Source: Candidatus Falkowbacteria bacterium (lineage in GTDB: Bacteria > Patescibacteriota > Patescibacteriia > Patescibacteriales > UBA12465). From it: a stretch of DNA of 64,000 bases. Both the position numbers and the translations under genes were made by a program. The DNA is taken from NCBI GenBank assembly GCA_037137655.1, contig JBAXJX010000001.1, forward strand, positions 496,194 through 560,193, in the 5' to 3' direction. The notes beneath the pieces are model-generated. The model did no database searches. It had not been told where the DNA came from and was given only the letters and a program-made list of their open reading frames with translations. Shown one piece after another: positions 1 through 8,595 of the stretch. Position 1 is the stretch's first letter. Every line of letters starts with the position of its first letter.

Positions 1-1166
1 GCTATATCACCAGCCATAGTGTAACCACCACCAGCCTCAGAGCCGATAGTCATTTGAACATTAGATGTTGGCATAGAGGTATCACTAACACTTCTTATAA
101 CCGAACCATTAGATCTAATAGTCCAAGCAGCTGAATCCTTGGTGTATGATAATGAATAATAAGTATTTGTATTTATAAATGGATTCCCCAAAACCAAACT
201 CGAGTCAGTCCCAGCCCAACCAGCAATATCTGAACCACAACTATTAGCCCATCTTATGTGGCCAGATTGTGCTGCAGAGAAAATAGTCTCACTACCTGTT
301 TTAGCCGCACCAGTAGATACAACATAAAAAAATGTATATCCAGATGCTGCGGGAATACTACTGTTTAATAAAAGATAATTTGTACCGTCAAATCTAATTA
401 CCGGCTTACCATTTTTAGCATTACTAACAAACAATGGTTGGTTACCAGGTTGAGCATAATAACCGTTAGCACTTTGATCTGACCAAACACTAACTTTGTT
501 GCTGCCATCTTTAGTAACGCCAGCGTCAGCCATAAACCACAAAAGCATGTCTGGTATAGTTTTAGACACACAAGTACCATTAATACAATTTTTACCATTG
601 GCACAATTTGCACTTCGCGCACAATAAGTATCGCCCGAACAAGTAGCTGTAACTGGATTACATTGGTCACAGCAAGACAATAAAGCACTCGTACAAGAGC
701 AACTATTACTTGTTCCGGCACCAACACCGCCATAAGCAATACCAATTGGTGAAGCCGTATTTATACCAGCCTTAAGACTACCGGTCGGACCACTAAGACA
801 AAATGATAAAGTATAAGAATATCCGTCACTAGAAACATAGGAATAATTATTATTAGCACTAGAACAAGTTCCCTCTGGTGGCGTTGGCGCCGTTGGAATT
901 TTAGCCATATAGGTAGTGGTGCCATTAGTGGAAGTTGAAAATAAAGCTCCGGATGCAAACTCATCAACTAGTGGATAGCGCCCTTGATCGTTAAAAAATA
1001 ATTCGAGGGCAGTTTGAATTTGTTTCACGTCAGCCACGCGGCGCGCGTCACGGGCTTTGGCTCTGGCGTTTTGTAAAGCGACCACAGCAATCGTAGCTAA
1101 AATACCAATGATAGCAATAACAACCAAGAGCTCAATAAGAGTAAAGGCAGATTTTTTGTTTTTCAT
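1..1166 (-). CDS. Type IV pilin-like protein with Cys-rich linker and C-terminal LamG (Laminin_G_3)-like domain; the 3' end runs off the window
   Basis: Absent from the ORF track because its stop lies left of position 1. I checked the frame by hand (ATG at 1166..1164) and found no stop down to position 3. The N-terminus MKNKKSAFTLIELLVVIAIIGILATIAVVALQNARAKARDARRVADVKQIQTALELFFND is a prepilin-type motif. A linker carries 10 Cys in about 47 aa (SCSCTSALLSCCDQCNPVTATCSGDTYCARSANCANGKNCINGTC). The C-terminal part (LLWFMADAGV..VWSDQSANG..NGKPVIRFDG..MAGDIA) parallels the LamG parts of the 14938-18516 proteins. Confidence 0.8.
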   Translation of the reverse strand, partial: MKNKKSAFTLIELLVVIAIIGILATIAVVALQNARAKARDARRVADVKQIQTALELFFNDQGRYPLVDEFASGALFSTSTNGTTTYMAKIPTAPTPPEGTCSSANNNYSYVSSDGYSYTLSFCLSGPTGSLKAGINTASPIGIAYGGVGAGTSNSCSCTSALLSCCDQCNPVTATCSGDTYCARSANCANGKNCINGTCVSKTIPDMLLWFMADAGVTKDGSNKVSVWSDQSANGYYAQPGNQPLFVSNAKNGKPVIRFDGTNYLLLNSSIPAASGYTFFYVVSTGAAKTGSETIFSAAQSGHIRWANSCGSDIAGWAGTDSSLVLGNPFINTNTYYSLSYTKDSAAWTIRSNGSVIRSVSDTSMPTSNVQMTIGSEAGGGYTMAGDI

Positions 1167-1290
1167 AGTTAATAAAGAAGATTATTTTTTATACATTAAT
1201 TATATCATAATAAAATTTTACATTATATAGCCTTGTCAAAACTCTAAAAAAATAATACAATATCTTTTTAAAATTAATTAGAACTACTCT

Positions 1291-1854
1291 ATGGGAAAGA
1301 TTATTTGTATTTACGGTTTAGCCGCCTGCGGTAAAACTACTCAAGCTGATTTAATTTGTGCCGATAACGGTATGGTGCAATTTGGCATGGGTGACACTTT
1401 ACGTGCCGAAATTGAATCCGGCTCTGAACTTGGTCAAAAAATAAAATCTTACGTCGATCAAGGTATTTTAATTACTGACGATTTAATGGCGGAAGTTATT
1501 AAAAAAGTAAGCGACGAAGCTAAAACTAAAGGTATTATTTTCGACGGCTTCCCCCGCATGATGTCCCAAGCCACTATGTTAGAAAAAGTTGGTGCGGAAA
1601 TGGGTATGGATGTTGAAAAATTCATTTACCTAAAAGTTGGTGTGGATGAAGTTATTAAAAGAATTAGCAAACGCTCCGAAACTGGTGGTCGCGCCGACGA
1701 CAAAGATCCAGCTGTCGTGCAAAGTCGCTTGGATGTTTTTGCCAAAGAATCTGTACCACTTTTAGAATACTACAAAAATAATGGTAAATTAGTGGAAATT
1801 GATGGCGAAATGAGTATTGAGGACGTTTTTGCGGAAATCAAAAAACATTTGTAA
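1291..1854 (+). CDS. adk: Adenylate kinase (short form, no zinc lid)
   Basis: Walker A GLAACGKTTQA, GDTLRAEI, DGFPR and GGRADDK motifs are present in adenylate kinase order. Length is 187 aa. Confidence 0.8.
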   Translation: MGKIICIYGLAACGKTTQADLICADNGMVQFGMGDTLRAEIESGSELGQKIKSYVDQGILITDDLMAEVIKKVSDEAKTKGIIFDGFPRMMSQATMLEKVGAEMGMDVEKFIYLKVGVDEVIKRISKRSETGGRADDKDPAVVQSRLDVFAKESVPLLEYYKNNGKLVEIDGEMSIEDVFAEIKKHL

Positions 1855-1873
1855 ACTTCAAATAAACAAAAAA

Positions 1874-1902
1874 ACAGCCACAGAAATGTGGCTGTTTTTT
1901 TT
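1874..1902. terminator. Rho-independent terminator between convergent adk and the 1915..2412 gene
   Basis: Stem ACAGCCAC / GTGGCTGT with loop AGAAAT. It is flanked by an A-run upstream and a T-run downstream, so it is usable on both strands. Confidence 0.65.
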
Positions 1903-1914
1903 ATTAAAGAGATT

Positions 1915-2412
1915 TTAAGCAGCAACTTGTTTTTTTAAGGCTTCAAGATCAAAATTGGCATACTTCGCTGGTAAATGGCCAACACTTTTTAGGAACGGAA
2001 TAGCCTTACTAACTAATTCAAAAGAGGCTTCGTATTCCCCCGGTTTATAAGCACTAGGATGACTATTTAAACATTTTATATGACTATCTAATATTTTAGT
2101 AATTTTTTCCTCACCGATAACCTCATATTCCGCCTTCCCTGGATTATTTATTAATTCATCATCGGGCGTACTACCAATGGCATGATGTTCGGCAGCCGTT
2201 AAAGAAAACTCACCATATTGATCAATTTTATCCATAATCCGATCAAACTCTGGATCATTTTCCATGTCGAAATCATCAGCTAATCTAGCCAATTTCTCCA
2301 ATTCTTCTTTTTTGGATTTAGCTACTTGCTCGGCTAAATATTCACCAGCACCAGAATTAACTTCAATATTTTCTGGTTTTACAGCTTCTATGTTGTAAAA
2401 ATTTTCCGACAT
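1915..2412 (-). CDS. Hypothetical acidic protein
   Basis: 165-aa ORF in a tight intergenic context. I recognise no motif. Confidence 0.55.
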   Translation of the reverse strand: MSENFYNIEAVKPENIEVNSGAGEYLAEQVAKSKKEELEKLARLADDFDMENDPEFDRIMDKIDQYGEFSLTAAEHHAIGSTPDDELINNPGKAEYEVIGEEKITKILDSHIKCLNSHPSAYKPGEYEASFELVSKAIPFLKSVGHLPAKYANFDLEALKKQVAA

Positions 2413-2472
2413 ATATTTTTAGATTAATTTTTTATGATTAAATTATAACACAAAACCATAAAAAAATCAAGT

Positions 2473-3777
2473 TTATGGAGTCAAGCGCTTCACATCGCGA
2501 GGCAAGAAAATAGCTTCTTTAACCGATGAAAGATTTAACATTTTCATAATGATACGAGCCATACCAATACCGGCGCCGGCATGTGGCGGACAACCAAAGC
2601 GGAAGAAGTTCAAATAATCAGCCAATTCTTCCAAGTTCATATTTTTCTCGCTTGCTTGTTTTTCTAAGATATCAATGTGATGCTCGCGTTGAGCGCCAGT
2701 CGTAATTTCTAAACCGCGATACAATAAATCGAAACTCTTAGTAATTTCCGGGCGATCCTCAAAACGCATGTGATAAAAAGCGCGAATCGAAACTGGATAT
2801 TCGGTCACAAACAAGAAATCATGACCAGTTTCTTTTTTAATAATTTCACAAATACCGCGCTCTTCTTCTGGGTTTAAATCTTCCTCGCCATCAGTTTTAA
2901 TATTATTAGCCCGTAATTTTTCTTTAACTTCTTTTAAAGTTAAACGTGGGAAAGGCAATGTTGGTACTTCAATATCAATATCCACTTTTTCCTTAATTGC
3001 TTTAAAGCCAGATTGAATCATTTGCTCTTCTTCGTTCATCACATCATTATGATCAGCATAAGAAATTTCAAAATCCCAACCGGTAAATTCAGTCACATGA
3101 CGAGTAGTAAAAGATTTCTCCGCTCGAAAAACTGGACCAGTCATAAAAACTTTTTCCAAACCAACCGACATCGCCATTTGTTTGTAGAATTGTGGTGATT
3201 GACCCAAATAAGCTTTTTTATCAAAATATTTAACTTCAAAAACTTCTGAACCAGTTTCCGAGGAAGTGCTCATTAAAGTTGGGGTATAAATTTGAGTGTA
3301 ATCTTTAGCGTTACAATAAGCCCGTAAACCACGTTCGAATTCAGTCCAAACTTTAAAAATCTTTAGATGCTCCGGTTGACGTAAATCTAAGAAGCGCCAA
3401 TTTAAACGAGTATCAATGTCTGGCTCAGCATCACCTTTTTGTAAAACATGAATTGGTAAATTTTCATCAGCTGCCGATAACATTTCCGCGCCTGATACTA
3501 ACATTTCATAATCTTTCGGAGCATCCTCTTGGCCCTTACGACTAGGTTTTTCTTTTAATTCACCATTTACCTTTATAACACTTTCCAAATTTAAATCCTT
3601 AATCACATTAAAAGCGGCTTCATTGCTTTCTTCAAATACTAATTGCATCACCCCAGAAACATCACGCAAATCAATAAAAGCCAAGCCTTTATGTAGGCGC
3701 TTGTTATAAATAAATCCAGCCAAAGTTACTTGACCACTTCCCTGCGCTTTAGCGTCTTTTATTAGAATTCTGTTCAT
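2473..3777 (-). CDS. aspS: Aspartyl-tRNA synthetase, archaeal/eukaryotic-type class IIb (probably non-discriminating); AsnRS not fully excluded
   Basis: 434 aa. N-terminal OB fold (VTLAGFIYNKRLHKGLAFIDLRD). Motif 2 is FRAEKSFTTRHVTEFTGWDFE and motif 3 is GAGIGMARIIM. C-terminal RDVKRLTP. Confidence 0.75.
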   Translation of the reverse strand: MNRILIKDAKAQGSGQVTLAGFIYNKRLHKGLAFIDLRDVSGVMQLVFEESNEAAFNVIKDLNLESVIKVNGELKEKPSRKGQEDAPKDYEMLVSGAEMLSAADENLPIHVLQKGDAEPDIDTRLNWRFLDLRQPEHLKIFKVWTEFERGLRAYCNAKDYTQIYTPTLMSTSSETGSEVFEVKYFDKKAYLGQSPQFYKQMAMSVGLEKVFMTGPVFRAEKSFTTRHVTEFTGWDFEISYADHNDVMNEEEQMIQSGFKAIKEKVDIDIEVPTLPFPRLTLKEVKEKLRANNIKTDGEEDLNPEEERGICEIIKKETGHDFLFVTEYPVSIRAFYHMRFEDRPEITKSFDLLYRGLEITTGAQREHHIDILEKQASEKNMNLEELADYLNFFRFGCPPHAGAGIGMARIIMKMLNLSSVKEAIFLPRDVKRLTP

Positions 3778-3844
3778 AAATTTATAATAAATTTAATTAT
3801 ATTTAGCCCTTAAAGCCTAACATAAGGCCCGTTTTTTATCAAGA

Positions 3845-4972
3845 TTAGAAGCCTTGCAACGGTTTTCCCTTAATAATTTTATCCACTTCCTCGAAACCTT
3901 CCGGAAAAGCAAAATTATAGCGCGCCGGTAAAGCAAAAACGTATTTAATATTGCGACCAAGTTCGCTCGGTGGAATTGGCGCCGCACCGACACTAAACTT
4001 CTCTGATTGCAAATCATTCCATTGTTCAAGCGTATAAATCATCACTGGGATATCTTGATAAGGTTTATCTTTTGTCCATTTCGGATTACGAATAGAAATT
4101 ATTGGACCAGAAGCCACTACAATACTCCCTAAACCATTAACCAAACCTTGCCCCTCCCAAATACTATTAACAACGGTATATCCGCTCCAAGTGCCAGGCA
4201 AAGTAATATAAAAACCGTATTGTGTATTGCGGTACTCAACTGTACCAGTGGCCGTACTAGACGTTGCCAAAGGACTAGTAGTTTTTATCACCGCGACCGT
4301 ATTACTATCTTTAATCATTTTAGTGGTTGCCACTTTTTTTTGCCAAAGTAGAAATTCCACCGTCGCCGACAAAATAATAATCACCAAACAAAAAAGTAAA
4401 ATTTTCACGCGGCGACTTTTCAAAAAAATAAAAAAGTTTTTTATTTCCGTAATCTTAGTTCCCACTATCAAGGCCACGCCACCAATCAAATAACCAACCA
4501 ACACATCACTAAGAAAGTGGACACCCAAATAAATTCGACTAAAACCAATTAAAGCAGCAAGAAGCACGGCGCTAGCGCTAATTAAATTTTTATACTTCGG
4601 GGCTAATGTTTTAATTAATAAATAGGCTAAATAACCATATAGCGCTACGGCGATTGTCGCGTGACCACTAGGAAAAGAAAAATCAGTCTCCGCTAATACT
4701 GCCAAGCTGGGTCGAGGGCGATGAAAAAAAACTTTACCCAAAAGAGTCACTGCTTCGGCGCTACCAACCGTCAAAAGAAATGGCAAAATAAATTTATACT
4801 GTTTTTTAGAATACAGCCAAAGTAAAAATAAGATCATCGCTGGTAACAAAAATTGCCAGTTACCAAAAAAACTAACAAACTCAAAAAAATGAATACCAAA
4901 ATTATTACGATGGTCTAAAAACCACACAGCAATTCCCTGGTCAAAATTATTTAAGAAAAAATGGTTTAACAT
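3845..4972 (-). CDS. PAP2-family phosphatase (membrane) fused to a C-terminal domain of about 170 aa of unknown function
   Basis: The three PAP2 motifs are KVFFHRPRP, PSGH and SRIYLGVHFLSD. Several TM helices are followed by a Ser/Thr-rich linker and a soluble domain. Confidence 0.8.
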   Translation of the reverse strand: MLNHFFLNNFDQGIAVWFLDHRNNFGIHFFEFVSFFGNWQFLLPAMILFLLWLYSKKQYKFILPFLLTVGSAEAVTLLGKVFFHRPRPSLAVLAETDFSFPSGHATIAVALYGYLAYLLIKTLAPKYKNLISASAVLLAALIGFSRIYLGVHFLSDVLVGYLIGGVALIVGTKITEIKNFFIFLKSRRVKILLFCLVIIILSATVEFLLWQKKVATTKMIKDSNTVAVIKTTSPLATSSTATGTVEYRNTQYGFYITLPGTWSGYTVVNSIWEGQGLVNGLGSIVVASGPIISIRNPKWTKDKPYQDIPVMIYTLEQWNDLQSEKFSVGAAPIPPSELGRNIKYVFALPARYNFAFPEGFEEVDKIIKGKPLQGF

Positions 4973-5076
4973 ATTATGAATATTAAAATTATTACGAAGC
5001 TTATCTACAAGAATAGCAAAAAATACAAAAAAATGATATAATCACGATATTAATACATACCTAAATAATAATTATT

Positions 5077-5889
5077 GTGCCCGACATCAACCTCCTCTTT
5101 AGTCTTTTAACCAAATTCGCTTGGCTTGGCAACTGGCTGTTTTTTGTGTTGGCCTTTATTGAGTCCGCACCATTTATAGGTCTATTTATTCCCGGCGCCA
5201 CGCTTATTAGCGTTGGTGGATTTTTAGCTTCTCAGGGTTTTTTAAATCCTTGGGATCTAATAATTTTTTCAGCGGTCGGTGCTATTTGCGGTGATTTCTT
5301 TAGTTATTCCCTGGGCCTGTGGGGGAGCGATTTTATAAAAAACAAAAAACTGATTAACATCAAATTATTGCATCACGGTGAAAATTTTTTCAAAAAATAT
5401 GGCGACAAAAGTATCTTTCTTGGTCGCTTCTTCGGGCCAATCCGCGCTATTATTCCTTTTGTCGCTGGTTTATCACGAATGAAAAGAAAACCTTTTATTT
5501 TTTGGAATGTTTTAAGTGGTATTGGCTGGGCAGCATTAAATGTATTTCTTGGCTATTTCTCCGGAACATTACTTGGCCCAATATTTAAAAAATGGTCTGG
5601 GCGCCTAAGTTTAACCTTACTTATTGTCTTGTCGACAATAGCTCTAATTTATTGGTTGATAAAAAAACATGGCGAGTCGGTCATTGCCTACTTCCACAGC
5701 ACCAGTCAGAAATTTCTTAATTATTTACAAACAAAAAACTGGTTTAACCAGTTAAAAAATCGCTATTTATTTATGGCTGTTTTTTTTGAAGAGAGTAAAT
5801 ATGCGGCCGAGAAAATATTTGGCGGCTTACTCGTGTTTTTATTCCTAAGTGTTGCTTATCTTTTAATGCTTATTTTTGACGTCTTCTAA
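5077..5889 (+). CDS. DedA/SNARE-associated family membrane protein
   Basis: GDFFSYSLG and FLGRFFGPIRAIIPFVAGLSRM are DedA-type motifs. The start codon is GTG. Confidence 0.75.
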   Translation: MPDINLLFSLLTKFAWLGNWLFFVLAFIESAPFIGLFIPGATLISVGGFLASQGFLNPWDLIIFSAVGAICGDFFSYSLGLWGSDFIKNKKLINIKLLHHGENFFKKYGDKSIFLGRFFGPIRAIIPFVAGLSRMKRKPFIFWNVLSGIGWAALNVFLGYFSGTLLGPIFKKWSGRLSLTLLIVLSTIALIYWLIKKHGESVIAYFHSTSQKFLNYLQTKNWFNQLKNRYLFMAVFFEESKYAAEKIFGGLLVFLFLSVAYLLMLIFDVF

Positions 5890-5891
5890 GA

Positions 5892-6311
5892 TTATTTTAC
5901 TTCGTGATATTTGCTTTTAAAATCTTGTTCGTCGCCATAAGCGGCGAATTTTTGTTTAGTCTGATCGGTTTGAACCTTAAAACCTGGCTTACCTTCATGC
6001 ATAATACCGCACCAATATTTTTCCGTGCGACCAGCAACTTCTTTTAAATATAAAAATAGACCATTAGAATATCCACAATACATACAACCAATTTTTTCCA
6101 ATGGATTCAAATAGGCCAACTTATTGCGATCAAGAATTAAAATATATTCCGAGCGCTTCACGTAATCAATTTTATATATCGGAAAACAAATAACTTGGTA
6201 CAGACTAGTAACTAAATCAAGCAAAATAATAAAAGGTAGCGGCAACCAAATAAAGGGCGCCGAAATAAAATGAAGCCAAAAGCGGCTAGTCCGATGTTTA
6301 CGATAATCCAT
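5892..6311 (-). CDS. Hypothetical membrane protein with Cys motifs
   Basis: 139 aa with one N-terminal TM segment, plus GCMYCGYSNG and YWCGIMH. Family not recognised. Confidence 0.5.
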   Translation of the reverse strand: MDYRKHRTSRFWLHFISAPFIWLPLPFIILLDLVTSLYQVICFPIYKIDYVKRSEYILILDRNKLAYLNPLEKIGCMYCGYSNGLFLYLKEVAGRTEKYWCGIMHEGKPGFKVQTDQTKQKFAAYGDEQDFKSKYHEVK

Positions 6312-6328
6312 GTGAATTTAATTACGGA

Positions 6329-7333
6329 CTAAGCCCGAGAGCTTTTAGTTGACCGTTGACTTTCTTTGGCGTACTTAATAATTGTTGGGATTCCGGCGGC
6401 AATCGGTAAGGCCAAGAAAGCACCAGCCACACCGAGTAAAAGCGAACCAATAATCACAGCAATAAAACTTAAAAATGGTAAAAGATTTAAAACTTTATTA
6501 TAAATGTTTGGCGCTAAAATATCATTCTCCACTTCCTGATAAGCGCAATACAAAACAATCGTTAAAAGACCGGTAAGCGGTGAAACTGTAAAAGCTAGGA
6601 TAATCGCCGGCACCGCCGCAATCGTGCTTCCAATCAATGGTAATAGGTCTAAAATACCAGCTAACACTGCTAGTGGCAAAGCGTATGGAACATGTAATAA
6701 AAATAAACCTGTGCAAGTCACAGAAAAACAAATTAAAGAAATTAATAAATTGCCACGAATGTATTGACCGGAAATAGTCATGAGCTCAGCGGAAATTTTT
6801 TCGGCGCGGGCGCGATTGCGACTTGGAAGTGACAGCGCCAACAAACGGTGCAACTCATCGCCATCAATTAGCAAATAAAAAACTAAAAATATAAAAGTAA
6901 TAGTTTCAAAAAAGAAACCGCTAACCATTCTAGTAGACTCTAAAACATAAGAACTGTTACCTTGAAAATTTTGGAAATATTGCGCCAAATTAAGTTGTCG
7001 TAAAAACGGTGGTAAAAAATTTGCCCCTGACAAAGCTAATGTTAAGCGTTGGGAAATTTCTGGAAAATCACTAATAATGGTCGGAATAACCGCTCCAATC
7101 ACATAAATTAATGGCAAAATTAAAGCAACAACAACTAGAGCGGCCGACAATGTTTTGGATAGTTTTTTGTTAAGCCACTGCACTGCTGGTTTTAAAGCGG
7201 CCGCCACCATGATAGCTGTAACTAGCAAAATAAAGATGTCCGACAACTTCCAGATAAAAAAGATACCAAAAATAATTAACAAAATTGTCCAAATTGTTCG
7301 AGCAGAAATTGAAATCTCAATCTTCTTGTTCAT
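6329..7333 (-). CDS. AI-2E (PerM/UPF0118) family transporter
   Basis: Polytopic, 334 aa. YIRGNLLISLI and LPLAVLAGILDLLPLIGSTIAAVPA are typical of the family. Confidence 0.75.
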   Translation of the reverse strand: MNKKIEISISARTIWTILLIIFGIFFIWKLSDIFILLVTAIMVAAALKPAVQWLNKKLSKTLSAALVVVALILPLIYVIGAVIPTIISDFPEISQRLTLALSGANFLPPFLRQLNLAQYFQNFQGNSSYVLESTRMVSGFFFETITFIFLVFYLLIDGDELHRLLALSLPSRNRARAEKISAELMTISGQYIRGNLLISLICFSVTCTGLFLLHVPYALPLAVLAGILDLLPLIGSTIAAVPAIILAFTVSPLTGLLTIVLYCAYQEVENDILAPNIYNKVLNLLPFLSFIAVIIGSLLLGVAGAFLALPIAAGIPTIIKYAKESQRSTKSSRA

Positions 7334-7355
7334 ATTCTTTATTAAATATAAAAAA

Positions 7356-7925
7356 TTATTTTAGCACAGCATCAATCAATTCATCAACACCAGCACCAGT
7401 CTTGGTAGAATAAAAAACAATCTCGTGATCATTAAAAATGTTACGAATTTTATCGCACTGTTTCTTTAATTCTGATTTTTTTATTTTATCAATTTTATTA
7501 GCCGCGATTAAAATATTTTTGCCACGCTCCTCTAATTCGGAAATAATTTCTAAATCATCTTTACTTGGTCCGATATTAGCATCAATAATTACCACGATTT
7601 TTTTCTGTTGATAGTGATCATTAAACAAATACCAATTAACCAACTCAAACAACCACTGACGATCATCTTTAGAGGCCTTACTATAACCATAGCCAGGCAA
7701 ATCAACTAAATAAAACTTTTCATTAATAAAGAAGATGTTAATTTCTTGGGTGCGACCCGGCAAGGCACTGACGCGCGCCAATTCTTTTTCTCCGGTAATC
7801 GTATTAATTGTGCTGGATTTACCAACATTAGAGCGGCCAATAAAAGCCACCTGCGAAATACCGTTATCAAGAATCTTATCTTCCCCGACCACGCCTTTTA
7901 TAAATTGTGCTGATGTTATTTTCAT
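7356..7925 (-). CDS. engB: Ribosome-biogenesis GTPase EngB/YsxC
   Basis: G1 GRSNVGKSS, G3 DLPGYGY and G4 NKID. 189 aa. Confidence 0.9.
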   Translation of the reverse strand: MKITSAQFIKGVVGEDKILDNGISQVAFIGRSNVGKSSTINTITGEKELARVSALPGRTQEINIFFINEKFYLVDLPGYGYSKASKDDRQWLFELVNWYLFNDHYQQKKIVVIIDANIGPSKDDLEIISELEERGKNILIAANKIDKIKKSELKKQCDKIRNIFNDHEIVFYSTKTGAGVDELIDAVLK

Positions 7926-7945
7926 ATAAACCTATCATAGCATTA

Positions 7946-8545
7946 CTACTGCCGATCAGCAAATATCACCAAACGACCAGGATAGCTTTGGGTAATTTTA
8001 TTCCAAGTCCCCTGACAAGTAATGATATTAAGGTGAGCATTATCATCACTGGCAATAAAAACATCGGTCACGTCATCATTTTGGTTATAAGTTTTCTTTT
8101 TTTTAACCACAAAAGTAATCACGGAACCTTTTTTGTCTTTAACATAAATTTTATCTCCCAGTCGTAATTTATATAAATTATTAAATACGGTCGGAACGCC
8201 ATTTTTCCAAATACCATAATGTCCAGTGATGACCGCATTACCACTTTCTCCGGGACGAGGCCCAGCATTAAACCAGGCAGCATTGTTACGGCCAAGTGGA
8301 ACGCCAACAGCGCCATCCGGTGTTAAACCAACTGACTCCAAATTACTATTAACTTTAATTTGGGGAATACTAAGATAGGCTGGCAAAATTGAAGCTGGTG
8401 ATTTAGCGGAATTAGAAACAATATCAAGTGCCGAGCTTTGAGCTGATGATCCAAAAAACAAAAAAGACACAAAAACTAAGGAAAATATAATTCCCTCAAT
8501 ACCAATAATTAGAAAAGATAATTTTGACGGAAGCTTGTTTGACAT
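7946..8545 (-). CDS. Sortase family transpeptidase
   Basis: N-terminal TM anchor, catalytic His (VITGHYG), catalytic Cys (NIITCQG) and C-terminal Arg (PGRLVIFADR). It lies directly downstream of an LPXTG protein gene. Confidence 0.8.
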   Translation of the reverse strand: MSNKLPSKLSFLIIGIEGIIFSLVFVSFLFFGSSAQSSALDIVSNSAKSPASILPAYLSIPQIKVNSNLESVGLTPDGAVGVPLGRNNAAWFNAGPRPGESGNAVITGHYGIWKNGVPTVFNNLYKLRLGDKIYVKDKKGSVITFVVKKKKTYNQNDDVTDVFIASDDNAHLNIITCQGTWNKITQSYPGRLVIFADRQ

Positions 8546-8554
8546 AAACTTTCC

Positions 8555-8581
8555 AAAAAGGCCCCGCGAAGACGCGAGGCC
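8555..8581 (-). terminator. GC-rich hairpin terminator after the LPXTG protein gene
   Basis: Minus strand reads GGCCTCGCG-TCTT-CGCGGGGCC followed by TTTTT. The stem is 9 bp with one mismatch. Confidence 0.55.
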
Positions 8582-8595
8582 TTTAGATTTCTAGA

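Noticed and set aside
398-967. ORF-track entries 398..745 and 761..967 (minus strand)
   Set aside because: Both lie in the same off-frame relative to the long open frame starting at the ATG at 1166, which encodes a coherent pilin-LamG protein. Their translations are low-complexity, hydrophobic frame-shadow sequence.
3800-3840. Possible terminator hairpin downstream of the PAP2 gene
   Set aside because: It has only a 4-bp stem (GCCT/AGGC) with a weak T-tract on the relevant strand. That is too marginal to report as a feature.
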